Assembly (NCBI GenBank): GCA_046484325.1
Contig: JAWOJB010000063.1
Location: forward strand, 874 to 64,873
Direction of reading: 5' to 3'
Length of the DNA: 64,000 nucleotides
From: Acidimicrobiia bacterium
Lineage (GTDB): Bacteria > Actinomycetota > Acidimicrobiia > Spongiisociales > ZC4RG35
Part shown: positions 32,900 through 42,082 of the stretch, one piece after another
Layout: each line of letters begins with the position of its first letter
How positions within the stretch are numbered: position 1 is the stretch's first letter
Program-made: the position numbers and the translations under genes
The notes under the pieces: model-generated
The model's input: the letters and a program-made list of their open reading frames with translations, nothing else
Told to the model about the DNA's origin: nothing
Databases searched by the model: none

Positions 32900-34216
32900 T
32901 CACGGCCCGATCGATGCCATGGCCACGCGCACGGCCTGGCCCAGGCGCTCCACCGCCAGGTCGATCTCGCGGTCGTCGATCGTGAGGGGTGGACCGAGGA
33001 GCACGCGGTCGCCGTCGAGTTCTCGGGCCGAGCCGGTCGACGGGTAGACGAGCAGGCCGTGGTCGCGGGCGGCAGCAGTGACTCGCTCGGTCACCCGCCG
33101 TGACCGCGGGTATGGCCGGAGGGTGACCGGATCCGCCACCAGCTCGACGGCCACCAGCAGGCCGAGCCCGCGCACGTCGCCAACCATCTCGCCGGGCCCG
33201 AGCGTGGCCCGGAGACCCGCGAGCAGACGGGCACCGGCCGCGATGGCCCGGTCGACCAGGCCGTCGTCGCGAATGCGTCGGAGCACCGCCCGGCCGACGG
33301 CGGCGCCGACGGCATGGTGGGACCACGTGAAGCCGTGAACGAACGACCCGGCAACCGCGTCGGCCACCTCCCGGGAGGCCACCACCAACCCGAGCGGCCA
33401 GTAGCCCCCCGAGGCGCCCTTCGCCGACACGAGCACGTCCGGGACCACCTGCCAGTGGTCGACGGCGAACCAGCGGCCGGTCCGCCCGAATCCCGTCATG
33501 ACCTCGTCGGCGACGAGCAGGATCCCGTGCCTCCGGCACACCTCGGTCAGCGCCGGCCAGTAGCCGTCAGGGGGGATCGACGCCCCCAGGGTCGCCCCGC
33601 CCACCGGTTCGACGACCAGCGCCGCCACCCTCCCCGGCCCGGCACGCCCGATTGCCTCGTCCAGGCGGTCGGCGTGCCACCGGCCGCAGTCCGAGGGGTG
33701 TCGGGGGTTCGGGCATCGCATCTCCCACACCTCGGGGAGGTGCTCGAAGCGCCCTAGCCAGGGCTCGTAGGGGGCCCGCAGCGAGGGCCGGCCCGAGAGA
33801 TCCAACGCCCCCAGGGTGTTGCCGTGATATGAGCCGTGCCGGGCCAGCACGACCGTGCGCCCGGGCTCTCCCCGGGCGAGGTGATACGCCCGCACCAGCT
33901 TGAGGGCCGACTCGATCGCCTCGGACCCACCCGACACCGGGAAGACCCTCCCACCCGGAAGTGGCCCCACCGCCACCACCTCGTCGGCATACCGCTCCAG
34001 CACCTCGGTGGTGAACGTGCCGGCGTGGACATAGGCCAGCCGACGGGCCTGCTCGGCCATCGCTGCCGCCACCTCGGCGTCGCCGTGGCCGATCGAGACG
34101 GCCACCGCACCCCCGGCCGCGTCCAGGTACCGCTTCCCCGCTGCGTCCTCGATCCAGCACCCCTCACCGCGGACCGCAACGATCGGGTTGAGAGTGCGGT
34201 GCAGGACGCCGCTCAT
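32900..34216 (-). CDS. class-III PLP aminotransferase (omega-aminotransferase-like)
   Basis: Track ORF 32900..34789 trimmed to ATG 34216 (MSGVLHRT). Contains SGGSEAIESALK, LVADEVMTGFGRTG and VSAKGASGG (PLP lysine). 438 aa. Confidence 0.88.
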   Translation of the reverse strand: MSGVLHRTLNPIVAVRGEGCWIEDAAGKRYLDAAGGAVAVSIGHGDAEVAAAMAEQARRLAYVHAGTFTTEVLERYADEVVAVGPLPGGRVFPVSGGSEAIESALKLVRAYHLARGEPGRTVVLARHGSYHGNTLGALDLSGRPSLRAPYEPWLGRFEHLPEVWEMRCPNPRHPSDCGRWHADRLDEAIGRAGPGRVAALVVEPVGGATLGASIPPDGYWPALTEVCRRHGILLVADEVMTGFGRTGRWFAVDHWQVVPDVLVSAKGASGGYWPLGLVVASREVADAVAGSFVHGFTWSHHAVGAAVGRAVLRRIRDDGLVDRAIAAGARLLAGLRATLGPGEMVGDVRGLGLLVAVELVADPVTLRPYPRSRRVTERVTAAARDHGLLVYPSTGSARELDGDRVLLGPPLTIDDREIDLAVERLGQAVRVAMASIGP

Positions 34217-34280
34217 CGGAAGGCGAGTGTACGAGCGGCCGGCTCCCGAATTGGCCGGACCACCTTGTAGCGTGCCAGAG

Positions 34281-35081
34281 GTGGAGCGATTCACCCATGT
34301 GGGCCGGCTCATCGATCCCCGAAACCCCTCCAACCTCTTCGCGCTGGCCGTGTCCGGGGCAGCCGGCGCAGCCGGCCTGGTGCTCGGGGGGAGCCTCGGG
34401 GCGGGGATCTCCGCGGGGCTGGCAACCTTCCTCGCATGGGCCCTCGGCCGGGAGCTCGACCCGGACCGCCCCTGGACCGCCGGGGCGGCGGCCGTTGCCA
34501 CCGGCGCCGTCTCTCTCGCCATCCCCGCCGAGGCGGGGACGCTCGCCGTGCTGTTGGTGGCTGCCCGGGTGACGCTGCGCCCGACCGGACTGCCGCCCAC
34601 CGTCCTCGACCTGGTGGGGCTCACCGTGGTAGCCGGCTTCTTTGCCCGCAGCCCTGCCGGATGGTCGGCGGGCATGGCGCTGGCCTTCGCCCTGGCACGT
34701 GACACCACCCTGCCCCCACCGGCCGAACGCACCCAACTCGGGTTCGCCGCTGCGGCCGCCGTGCTCGTGACGGCGGTGGCTACCCTCACCGACGCCCTGG
34801 GCGGACCCTGGCAGGCACCGGATGCCTACGAGGCGACGATCGCTGCACTCGGCCTGATCGCCGGCATCACCCTGCCCCGGGAGACCCCCCGGAGCCGGTG
34901 CGATGCCACCCCCGCCATCATGTCGGACGAGCGTCTGCAGTGGGCGCGATGGACGGTGCTGGGGGCATTGGTGCTGGCCGGCGTGGTCGGCGGAGGTCCG
35001 GCGCTGGGCGCCACCGCCGGGGGATGGCTGGCGCTGACCTCGACCGGGCTGGGAGCAAGGGTGCGGCGCTCGGAGACGTGA
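34281..35081 (+). CDS. hypothetical polytopic membrane protein
   Basis: Ala/Gly/Leu-rich with about 7 hydrophobic segments and no recognisable motif. GTG 34281 is the first start clear of the divergent aminotransferase. Confidence 0.5.
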   Translation: MERFTHVGRLIDPRNPSNLFALAVSGAAGAAGLVLGGSLGAGISAGLATFLAWALGRELDPDRPWTAGAAAVATGAVSLAIPAEAGTLAVLLVAARVTLRPTGLPPTVLDLVGLTVVAGFFARSPAGWSAGMALAFALARDTTLPPPAERTQLGFAAAAAVLVTAVATLTDALGGPWQAPDAYEATIAALGLIAGITLPRETPRSRCDATPAIMSDERLQWARWTVLGALVLAGVVGGGPALGATAGGWLALTSTGLGARVRRSET

Positions 35082-35104
35082 CGACCCCGGCGCCCGCAGG
35101 CCTC

Positions 35105-35276
35105 GGTCCCCCTACCTCCCGGCTCGCCGGCGCTCGCGGGCGGGACCTTCCCCCAGCCTCCGGCTGGGGAACAAACCAGAGAGTGCGCGGCGCCGTGCGC
35201 AATGCCCTGTGCGCTTTGTCCCCCACGAGGTGGGGGAAAGGGCCCCCACCGCCGGAGGCGGTGGGGTAGGGGGACC
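35105..35276. mobile_element. repeat family A composite: 172-bp inverted element with 12-bp terminal inverted repeats (MITE/BIME-like)
   Basis: GGTCCCCCTACC at 35105-35116 and its exact complement at 35265-35276. The right arm, reverse-complemented, aligns with 14471-14553. GCCTC occurs on both flanks (35100-35104 and 35277-35281). Confidence 0.75.
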
Positions 35277-35289
35277 GCCTCTCCCCACC

Positions 35290-36129
35290 TCACCTCGGTG
35301 CGCGCACCATGCGGACGTGAGGACCGATCTCGGGCTCCTCCCACACCTCCGAGACGGCCACGAACCCGTGACGCTCGTAGAAGCCGGCGGCCGGTACCCG
35401 CACCGAGGCCCACACCCGGCCTCCTCCATGGGCGTCCACGTGGTCCTGGCACGCCGCCAGCAGCCACGCCCCCAAGCCCGACCCGCGCACCGACTCGTCC
35501 ACCGCCATCGCCCGCAGGCGCCAGGCCGGAGCCTCCGGTGCGTCAGGCGAGGGCTCGGGAAAGACCCCGGCCGAGCCGACCAGCTCCCCGTCCTTCACGA
35601 CGCCGAACCAGCCGGCGTCGGGATGGTCCTCGCCGGGTACGACGAGTTCATCCGTTGTCTGGTGGGGCCGCAGGATCTGGCGGCGCAGCTCACGCGTCTC
35701 CGCCGCCTCCACCGGCCGTATCACCTCGATCGAGCCGGTGAGCTTGGCGACCCGTGAGAGCATCACCGACGCCGAGCAGTACTTCCCCTCCGCCATCTCG
35801 ACCGCCCGGCGGATCCGGGCGTCGTCACACGCCCCCCGAACCCGGTAGGTCACGTGGATTTCGGTCCAGACCCGGGGTGGCGTCGGGGCGCGATCCCCCG
35901 CTACTCGTACCTCGAGCGCGTCGACCGGTTGCCGCATCCGGGGCAGCAGATCGGCCAGGGTCACACCCGAGCAGGTCGCCAGGCTCACGAGCATGAGCTC
36001 CATCGGTCCCGGGCCAGCGGTCGGGGCGGGCTCGTCGGGCTTGCCCTCGACGGGGAACGTGTGGCCGGATGCGGTCGACACCTCGAAGCGGCGGCCGGAT
36101 CGGTGGGTGGCGGTGGTGACGAGATCCAT
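35290..36129 (-). CDS. OsmC/Ohr-family domain fused to GNAT acetyltransferase
   Basis: 279 aa. The N-terminal ~135 aa (PGPMELMLVSLATCSG..AEGKYCSAS) is OsmC-like. The C-terminal ~140 aa (RLRAMAVDESVRGSGLGAWLL..FYERHGF) is GNAT. Confidence 0.8.
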   Translation of the reverse strand: MDLVTTATHRSGRRFEVSTASGHTFPVEGKPDEPAPTAGPGPMELMLVSLATCSGVTLADLLPRMRQPVDALEVRVAGDRAPTPPRVWTEIHVTYRVRGACDDARIRRAVEMAEGKYCSASVMLSRVAKLTGSIEVIRPVEAAETRELRRQILRPHQTTDELVVPGEDHPDAGWFGVVKDGELVGSAGVFPEPSPDAPEAPAWRLRAMAVDESVRGSGLGAWLLAACQDHVDAHGGGRVWASVRVPAAGFYERHGFVAVSEVWEEPEIGPHVRMVRAPR

Positions 36130-36186
36130 GCCGGATCGACGGTAATTGGTGCGCAGCCGCTCGATCGGACCGCCACACTGGCGACC

Positions 36187-37170
36187 ATGTCGACCGTCGA
36201 GGCTCCGCCGGTGCCGGGGCTCGCCATGCGCTCGTTCCGGGGTCCTCAGGACTACCCGGTGATGCTCCGCGTGATCGAGTCATCGAAGACCGCCGATGGC
36301 GTGGAGCGCAGCGACACGGTCGAGCAGATCGCCGCCAACTACGAGCACCTCGAGCGATGCGACCCCCGCAGCGACATGCTCTTCGTGGAGATCGACGGCA
36401 CCACCGTGGGCTACACGCGGGTCTGGTGGGACCAGGAGGTCGACGGGCCTCTCGTGTACTCCCACCTCTGTTTCCTGGATCCGGCCTGGCGCGGCAGCGG
36501 CCTCGGGCGTCTCATGCTCGAGTGGAACGAGCGGCGGCTCAGGGAGATCGCCGCCGGCCAACCGGACGGGGAGAAGGTGCTGCAGGTGTGGGTCGAGGAT
36601 CAGGCGGCCGGGGTCAGGGCGCTCTTCGAGGCATGCGGCTACGAGCCGGTCACCTTCGGCGCCGAGATGGTGCGATCGAGCATCGCCGACCTCCCCGACT
36701 GCCCGCTTCCCGAGGGAGTCGAGATCCAACCCGTCGCGCCGGAGCACCTCCGGGCCATCTGGGAGGCCGATTCCGAGGCGTTCCGTGACCACTGGGGCTA
36801 TGTGGCACCGACCGAGAAGGGATTCGAGCAGTTCCTCGCCTTCCCCCACCACGACCCGTCGCTCTGGCGGATCGCCTGGGCCGGGGATCGGGTCGTCGGC
36901 CAGGTCCGCAGCTTCATCGATCCCAACGAGAACGCGGAGTACCACCGACTCAGGGGATGGACCGAGTTCATCTCCACGGCACGGCAGTGGCGGCGGCGGG
37001 GGGTCGCGAGGGCGCTCATCGTGGAGAGCATCCGGGCCCTCGCCGACCGGGGTATGAGCGAGGTGGCGCTCGGGGTGCACACCGAGAACCCGAATGGCGC
37101 CTTCGACCTGTACCTGGGCCTGGGCTACGAGGTGGTACACACGTCGACCACCTATCGGAAACCGCTGTAG
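36187..37170 (+). CDS. two-domain GNAT acetyltransferase (MshD-like architecture)
   Basis: ATG 36187. Two acetyl-CoA motifs are present: WRGSGLGRLML and QWRRRGVARALI, the second followed by LYLGLGY. Confidence 0.75.
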   Translation: MSTVEAPPVPGLAMRSFRGPQDYPVMLRVIESSKTADGVERSDTVEQIAANYEHLERCDPRSDMLFVEIDGTTVGYTRVWWDQEVDGPLVYSHLCFLDPAWRGSGLGRLMLEWNERRLREIAAGQPDGEKVLQVWVEDQAAGVRALFEACGYEPVTFGAEMVRSSIADLPDCPLPEGVEIQPVAPEHLRAIWEADSEAFRDHWGYVAPTEKGFEQFLAFPHHDPSLWRIAWAGDRVVGQVRSFIDPNENAEYHRLRGWTEFISTARQWRRRGVARALIVESIRALADRGMSEVALGVHTENPNGAFDLYLGLGYEVVHTSTTYRKPL

Positions 37171-37179
37171 GTTCCCGCC

Positions 37180-38427
37180 GTGCTCCGCGACCCCAACGTC
37201 CGCAGGGTGGTGCTCGCCCGGTTCATCTCCCGCTCGGGCGGCGAGGCGGCGTTCTTCGTGGGGATCTGGGGCAAGGCGGCGTTCGAGCTCGGAGCCGATG
37301 CCGTGGCGCTGGCCTGGGTGATCGCCGCCACCGGGATCTCGGGGCTGATCGGCTCGGCCATCGCCGGCATGCTCATCGACCGGTTCGGGCCGAAGCGCGT
37401 GCTGCTCACCGGGGAGATCGTGTTCGTCCCGGTGGCCCTGTCGATGCTCCTCGTCGAGAGCCTCGGGCAGCTCACGGCGGTGGCATTCCTCATCGGGCTC
37501 GTGAGCGGGCCGCTCTACACCTCCATCGCCTCGCTCCCGCCGTTCCTCACGACCGACCCCGAGGAGCTCTCCCGGGTGAACGGCTGGGTGGAGACCGCCG
37601 GGATGGCCGCCCTCATCTCCGGCACCGCCGCCGGCGCCGCCCTGGCGTCCTTCGTGTCGCTCGACGCGATCTTCGTGTTCGACGCAGTCACCTCCATCAT
37701 CGCCGTCGCCCTGGTGGCCGGCATCACGATCCGGAGCGTGCGAAGGGGGCCCGACCGTAGGGGCGGACTCGATCAGCTCCGTGAGGGTTTCCGGTTCGCC
37801 TATGCCCACCCCCGGCTCCGCTTCTACGTGCTGATCGGCACCTCGGTGTGGCTGCTGTTCGGGCTCTTCGGGGCCCTGGAGCCTCTCTTCTTCCGCGACG
37901 TGCTCGGTACCGGCCCCGAGGCGATCGGCTGGGTCAACAGCGTCTTCGGGATGGGCTTGGTGCTGGGGACGCTCGTCGCCCCAAGGCTCCCAGCCGCCGC
38001 CCGAGGGGCACGAGGGGTGGTGACGCTGGTCGCCCTGAACGGGCTCGGTGCGATCCTCTACGTGGGCACCGCGCTCATCCCGGTGGTGGCCTTCGGCGGG
38101 TTCACCTGGGGGATCATCATCGGGACGTTCGCCCCGATCGTCCGGACCCTCATCCACCTCAACTCGCCCGAGGCCTTGTATGGCCGGATCACGGGAACGG
38201 TGGGCGTCCACGCCGAGGCCGCCAAGCTCCTCCCGCTGGTGGCGGCACCGGCCATGGCCGTCGCCTTCGGAGTCCAGCGCACGCTGGCCGCCTCGGGGCT
38301 GGGATTGACCGTGCTGGCGCTGGCCGTCTGGCGGACGGCGTCCCGGCTCGACGCCACCCGCGCCGTACCCCTACCGCCGGTGGAGCTCCCTGCCGTATGG
38401 GACGAGCCGATCAGCCCGACGCCGTGA
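37180..38427 (+). CDS. MFS transporter
   Basis: 415 aa with a GTG start. GMLIDRFGPKR loop motif and a 12-helix profile. Confidence 0.85.
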   Translation: MLRDPNVRRVVLARFISRSGGEAAFFVGIWGKAAFELGADAVALAWVIAATGISGLIGSAIAGMLIDRFGPKRVLLTGEIVFVPVALSMLLVESLGQLTAVAFLIGLVSGPLYTSIASLPPFLTTDPEELSRVNGWVETAGMAALISGTAAGAALASFVSLDAIFVFDAVTSIIAVALVAGITIRSVRRGPDRRGGLDQLREGFRFAYAHPRLRFYVLIGTSVWLLFGLFGALEPLFFRDVLGTGPEAIGWVNSVFGMGLVLGTLVAPRLPAAARGARGVVTLVALNGLGAILYVGTALIPVVAFGGFTWGIIIGTFAPIVRTLIHLNSPEALYGRITGTVGVHAEAAKLLPLVAAPAMAVAFGVQRTLAASGLGLTVLALAVWRTASRLDATRAVPLPPVELPAVWDEPISPTP

Positions 38428-38473
38428 GCGGCGGATTGGGCTGACCCTGGCCCGCCGGTAGCCTGCACAGACC

Positions 38474-39940
38474 GTGACCTCGCCGCTCCCCCCTCCCCCG
38501 CCCGAGGTCGACTACGGCCGCAAGTGGCTGGTGATGATCACCATTTCGGTGGGCGTGATCCTCGCCACCATCGACGGATCGATCGTGAACGTCGCCTTCC
38601 CGACGCTGGTCGACGAGCTGGGGACGACCTTCAACGCCATCCAGTGGGTGGCGCTCGGCTACCTCCTCACCATCGCCACCCTGACCCTCGGAGTCGGGCG
38701 GCTGGGCGACATCGTCGGCAAGAAGCGCATCTACACGGCAGGGTTCTCGGTGTTCACGATCGCCTCGATGCTCTGCGGGCTCGCTCCCGGCGTGGGCTGG
38801 CTGATCGGGTTCAGGGTCGTGCAGGGGCTCGGATCGGTCATGATCCTGGCTCTCGGCGCGGCGATCCTCACCGAGGCCTTCCCACCCACCGAGCGTGGCC
38901 GGGCCCTGGGTCTGATCGGCACGGCGGTCTCGATCGGCATCATCACCGGGCCGGTCGTGGGGGGCTTGCTCATCTCGACGTTCGGCTGGCGGGCCATCTT
39001 CTTCGTGAACCTCCCGATCGGGATCCTCGGGACCCTGCTCGCCCTGCGGCACGTTCCCAACACCCGACCGGTCGGCGGCCAGACCTTCGACTTCCTCGGA
39101 GCCGGGTTGCTCAGCGCTTCGCTGTTCTCGGTGTCGCTGGCGCTCACCCTCGGTCAGGACCTGGGGTTCCGGTCGCCGCCGATCCTCACCGGCTTCGCGG
39201 TGGCCATGGTGTCGGCGGTCGCCTTCGTGGCCGTCGAGCGCCGGGCCGCCTCGCCGATGGTTCGGCTCGACCTCTTCCGCGACCCCAGGCTGAGCGTCGG
39301 CGTCACCACCGGCTTCCTGGTCTTCTCGGCGCTGTCGGCGACCTTCCTCCTCCTGCCCTTCTACCTCGAGGGGGTGCTCGGCTTCGACGTCCGCGAGGTC
39401 GGCCTGCTCCTCGGGGCCGCCCCTCTCGTCGTGGGCATCGCCGCTCCCCTCTCGGGCAACCTCTCGGATCGGGTCGGCGTGAAGCCGCTGACCGTCGCCG
39501 GGCTCGCCATCCTGACCGTGACCTTCTTCGGCTTCCTGACCCTCGACATCGACACCGGTGTGCTCGGATACCTGGTTCTCGCCATCCCGGTGGGCCTGGG
39601 CGTGGGTGTGTTCCAATCGCCCAACAACAGCGCCATCATGGGTGCGGTACCCCGTGAGTATTCGGGGGTGGCCGGAGGCCTTCTCACCCTGACCCGGCTC
39701 CTCGGGCAGATCTGGGGCATCGCCGTCCTCGGGTCGGTGTGGGCGGCGAGGGTGGCCGGCCACGCCGGGGGGGCCGTGGCGGGGGGGGATCCATCGTCCG
39801 CCCCTCCCGCCGCCCAGGTGGCCGGGATCCACGACACGTTCGTGGTCGTGGCCGGGATCATGCTGCTTGCGCTGGCGATCGGGGTCTGGGGCCTGCGCCG
39901 GGAGAGCCGGCCGCTCGCCCTCGTCCCCGACCCCGCCTGA
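38474..39940 (+). CDS. MFS transporter, DHA2 (EmrB/QacA-like, 14 TMS)
   Basis: 488 aa with VNVAFPTL, GRLGDIVGKKR and a 14-helix profile. Confidence 0.88.
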   Translation: MTSPLPPPPPEVDYGRKWLVMITISVGVILATIDGSIVNVAFPTLVDELGTTFNAIQWVALGYLLTIATLTLGVGRLGDIVGKKRIYTAGFSVFTIASMLCGLAPGVGWLIGFRVVQGLGSVMILALGAAILTEAFPPTERGRALGLIGTAVSIGIITGPVVGGLLISTFGWRAIFFVNLPIGILGTLLALRHVPNTRPVGGQTFDFLGAGLLSASLFSVSLALTLGQDLGFRSPPILTGFAVAMVSAVAFVAVERRAASPMVRLDLFRDPRLSVGVTTGFLVFSALSATFLLLPFYLEGVLGFDVREVGLLLGAAPLVVGIAAPLSGNLSDRVGVKPLTVAGLAILTVTFFGFLTLDIDTGVLGYLVLAIPVGLGVGVFQSPNNSAIMGAVPREYSGVAGGLLTLTRLLGQIWGIAVLGSVWAARVAGHAGGAVAGGDPSSAPPAAQVAGIHDTFVVVAGIMLLALAIGVWGLRRESRPLALVPDPA

Positions 39941-39944
39941 CCGC

Positions 39945-40823
39945 TCAGATCGGGATGCCGAGATCGGCCTGCTCGGCGTGTTCCAGTGCTCGAACGGCGG
40001 CGGCCACGTCCTGGGAGGCGATCCCCACCGACTTGAACACCGTGACCGGTCGACCCCCGGGCTCTTGCCGTCCGGTCAGCAGGTCGGCGATCGAGGCGTC
40101 GGGTGGGAACCGTCCGGCCCGGATGAGGTCCCCCGCCTCGGAAAGGGCGGCCTCCTCGTCATCGACGACCACAAATGCCCGCCGGAGCGTGCCCGGGGGG
40201 ATCTCCGCCATCTCGGGCGTGAAGGCGCCCACCGCGTTGATGTGGGTACCGGGCAAGACCGAACGATCGTCGAACAGGGGCTCGGTGGCGGGGGTGGCGC
40301 AGCAGACGACATCCGCCAGGGCGACGGCCGCGTCGGCATCGGCCATGGCCTCGCCTCCCACGCTCCCCGCCAGATCGGAGGCGCGCCCCGTCGTGCGACT
40401 CCACACCAGCACCCGCTCGATCGAGCGGACGGAGCGGACCGCCTCGATCTGGTCGAAGGCCATCGCCCCCGCCCCGAGCATGGCCAGCACCCGGGCGTCG
40501 GGCCGCGCCAGTAACCGGGTCGCCAGCCCCGAGGCGGCCCCGGTTCGGATCCGGGTGAGCTCGGAGCCGTGGACCAACCCGAGCGGATCCCCATCGGGCC
40601 CGAACACCGCCACGATGCCCGCCGGGCTGCCGGGGATCACCGACACCACCTTGACACCGGTGTGGTCCCCCACCCTGCCCGGCATGAACAGCGAGGACCC
40701 GAGCCGGACCCGCACGGGGACCTCTCGATCGTCCCCGAACGCGGAGACCATCGACTCGATCGCCTCGGGCATGGGGAGGGCGGCTCGCAGGGCGGCGGCG
40801 TCGAGGTATCTCATGAGCGCCAC
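39945..40823 (-). CDS. ornithine cyclodeaminase/mu-crystallin family protein
   Basis: 292 aa with LTRIRTGAASGLATRLLARPDA and GAGAMA Rossmann. Confidence 0.85.
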   Translation of the reverse strand: MALMRYLDAAALRAALPMPEAIESMVSAFGDDREVPVRVRLGSSLFMPGRVGDHTGVKVVSVIPGSPAGIVAVFGPDGDPLGLVHGSELTRIRTGAASGLATRLLARPDARVLAMLGAGAMAFDQIEAVRSVRSIERVLVWSRTTGRASDLAGSVGGEAMADADAAVALADVVCCATPATEPLFDDRSVLPGTHINAVGAFTPEMAEIPPGTLRRAFVVVDDEEAALSEAGDLIRAGRFPPDASIADLLTGRQEPGGRPVTVFKSVGIASQDVAAAVRALEHAEQADLGIPI

Positions 40824-40849
40824 ACGTCACACGTCACAGGCATCGCCGT

Positions 40850-42082
40850 TCATGCCAGCACGTTCCGGGTGGCCACGGAGATCGGCTGGCGGTCGACGGC
40901 GAGCACCGACATCGGGACCTCGGTGTCGAAATCGGCATCGACGCCGCTCACCGCCCGCGCCACCATCGAGCCGATCATCGGGGCGAGCTTGAACCCGTGG
41001 CCGCTGAACCCGTTGGCGAGCCAGAACCCGTCCACCCCGCTCGGCCCGACGATCGGGTGCACATCCTGCCGGTTGATCGTGTAGAGCCCGGCGATCCCGG
41101 AGAGCCCGCCCCGGTGCTCGAGGGCGGGGATCCGGTGATGGAGGGCGTGGATCTTGCGGTCCCGGAAGGCGGCATCGGCGTGGCGGGGGAAGTCGTCGGG
41201 ATCGGCGACCACCTCCTCCTCGTCCTCGGGGAGCACCGAGCCGAACAGGATCCGGGTGCCCCCTGCATCGGGCCGCAGGTAGATGCCGGTCGAACCGTCG
41301 GCGAGCACCGGGATCGGCCCCAGATCGCCCGGGAGGTCCCGGTACACGACCTGGATCCGGGTGGGGTCGAGGGTCCACCGATGCCCGACCCCCGCCATGG
41401 CGTTGAGGGCGTTGCACCATGGACCGGATGCGTTCACGACCAGCCCGGCCGGGATGCGCTCGCCGTCCACCTCGACGCCGGTCACCCCGCCGTTCGTTCT
41501 GATCAGACCGGTCACCCTGGCCCGAAAGCGCACGACACCCCCGGCCCGGCGGGTGCCGTCGAGCAGGTCGGCGCAGGCACCGGCGGGATCCGCATATCCG
41601 CCGTCGTCCTCCACAAGCGCCGCCTCGGCATCCCGGCACTCGTGAGCGACCTCCCCCGAGAGGTCGAACGGGGCGACGCAGGCCGAGAGCGATGGGTGGC
41701 GGTCGCGGAGCCCCTCGGCGTCCACCACCGAGACGGCCACCCCTGCCCGACCCAGACGCTCGGCCTCGGCCTGGACCTCGGACCGGGACTCGTCGAACAT
41801 CCACACCACCCCGGTGCGTATGTAGGTCGAGGCGGGATCCGGCAGGCCGGTGAACTCGGACCAGTTCCGGTAGGCGCGCTGGCCGTCGAGCGCCAGCCGG
41901 ACGACCCTGGGATCGGTGTACCGGCATCGGGAGATCGATGACGAAGCGCCGGTGGAGCCCTCGGCCGGGCCCGCCCCCTTGTCGAGCACCACCACCTGCA
42001 CGCTGCGCCGGGCGAGCTGGTAGCCGATGGCGGCGCCGACGATTCCCCCACCGACGACCACCACGTCGGTGGCAGGCGTCAC
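40850..42082 (-). CDS. FAD-dependent oxidoreductase (DAO family)
   Basis: 410 aa with VVVVGGGIVGAAIGYQLA and a C-terminal GFSGHGFKLAP. Confidence 0.88.
   Translation of the reverse strand: MTPATDVVVVGGGIVGAAIGYQLARRSVQVVVLDKGAGPAEGSTGASSSISRCRYTDPRVVRLALDGQRAYRNWSEFTGLPDPASTYIRTGVVWMFDESRSEVQAEAERLGRAGVAVSVVDAEGLRDRHPSLSACVAPFDLSGEVAHECRDAEAALVEDDGGYADPAGACADLLDGTRRAGGVVRFRARVTGLIRTNGGVTGVEVDGERIPAGLVVNASGPWCNALNAMAGVGHRWTLDPTRIQVVYRDLPGDLGPIPVLADGSTGIYLRPDAGGTRILFGSVLPEDEEEVVADPDDFPRHADAAFRDRKIHALHHRIPALEHRGGLSGIAGLYTINRQDVHPIVGPSGVDGFWLANGFSGHGFKLAPMIGSMVARAVSGVDADFDTEVPMSVLAVDRQPISVATRNVLA

Noticed and set aside
36280-38211. 643-aa minus-strand ORF opposite the GNAT and MFS genes
   Set aside because: It is a shadow ORF with no motifs and extreme Gly/Arg/Pro/Glu content.
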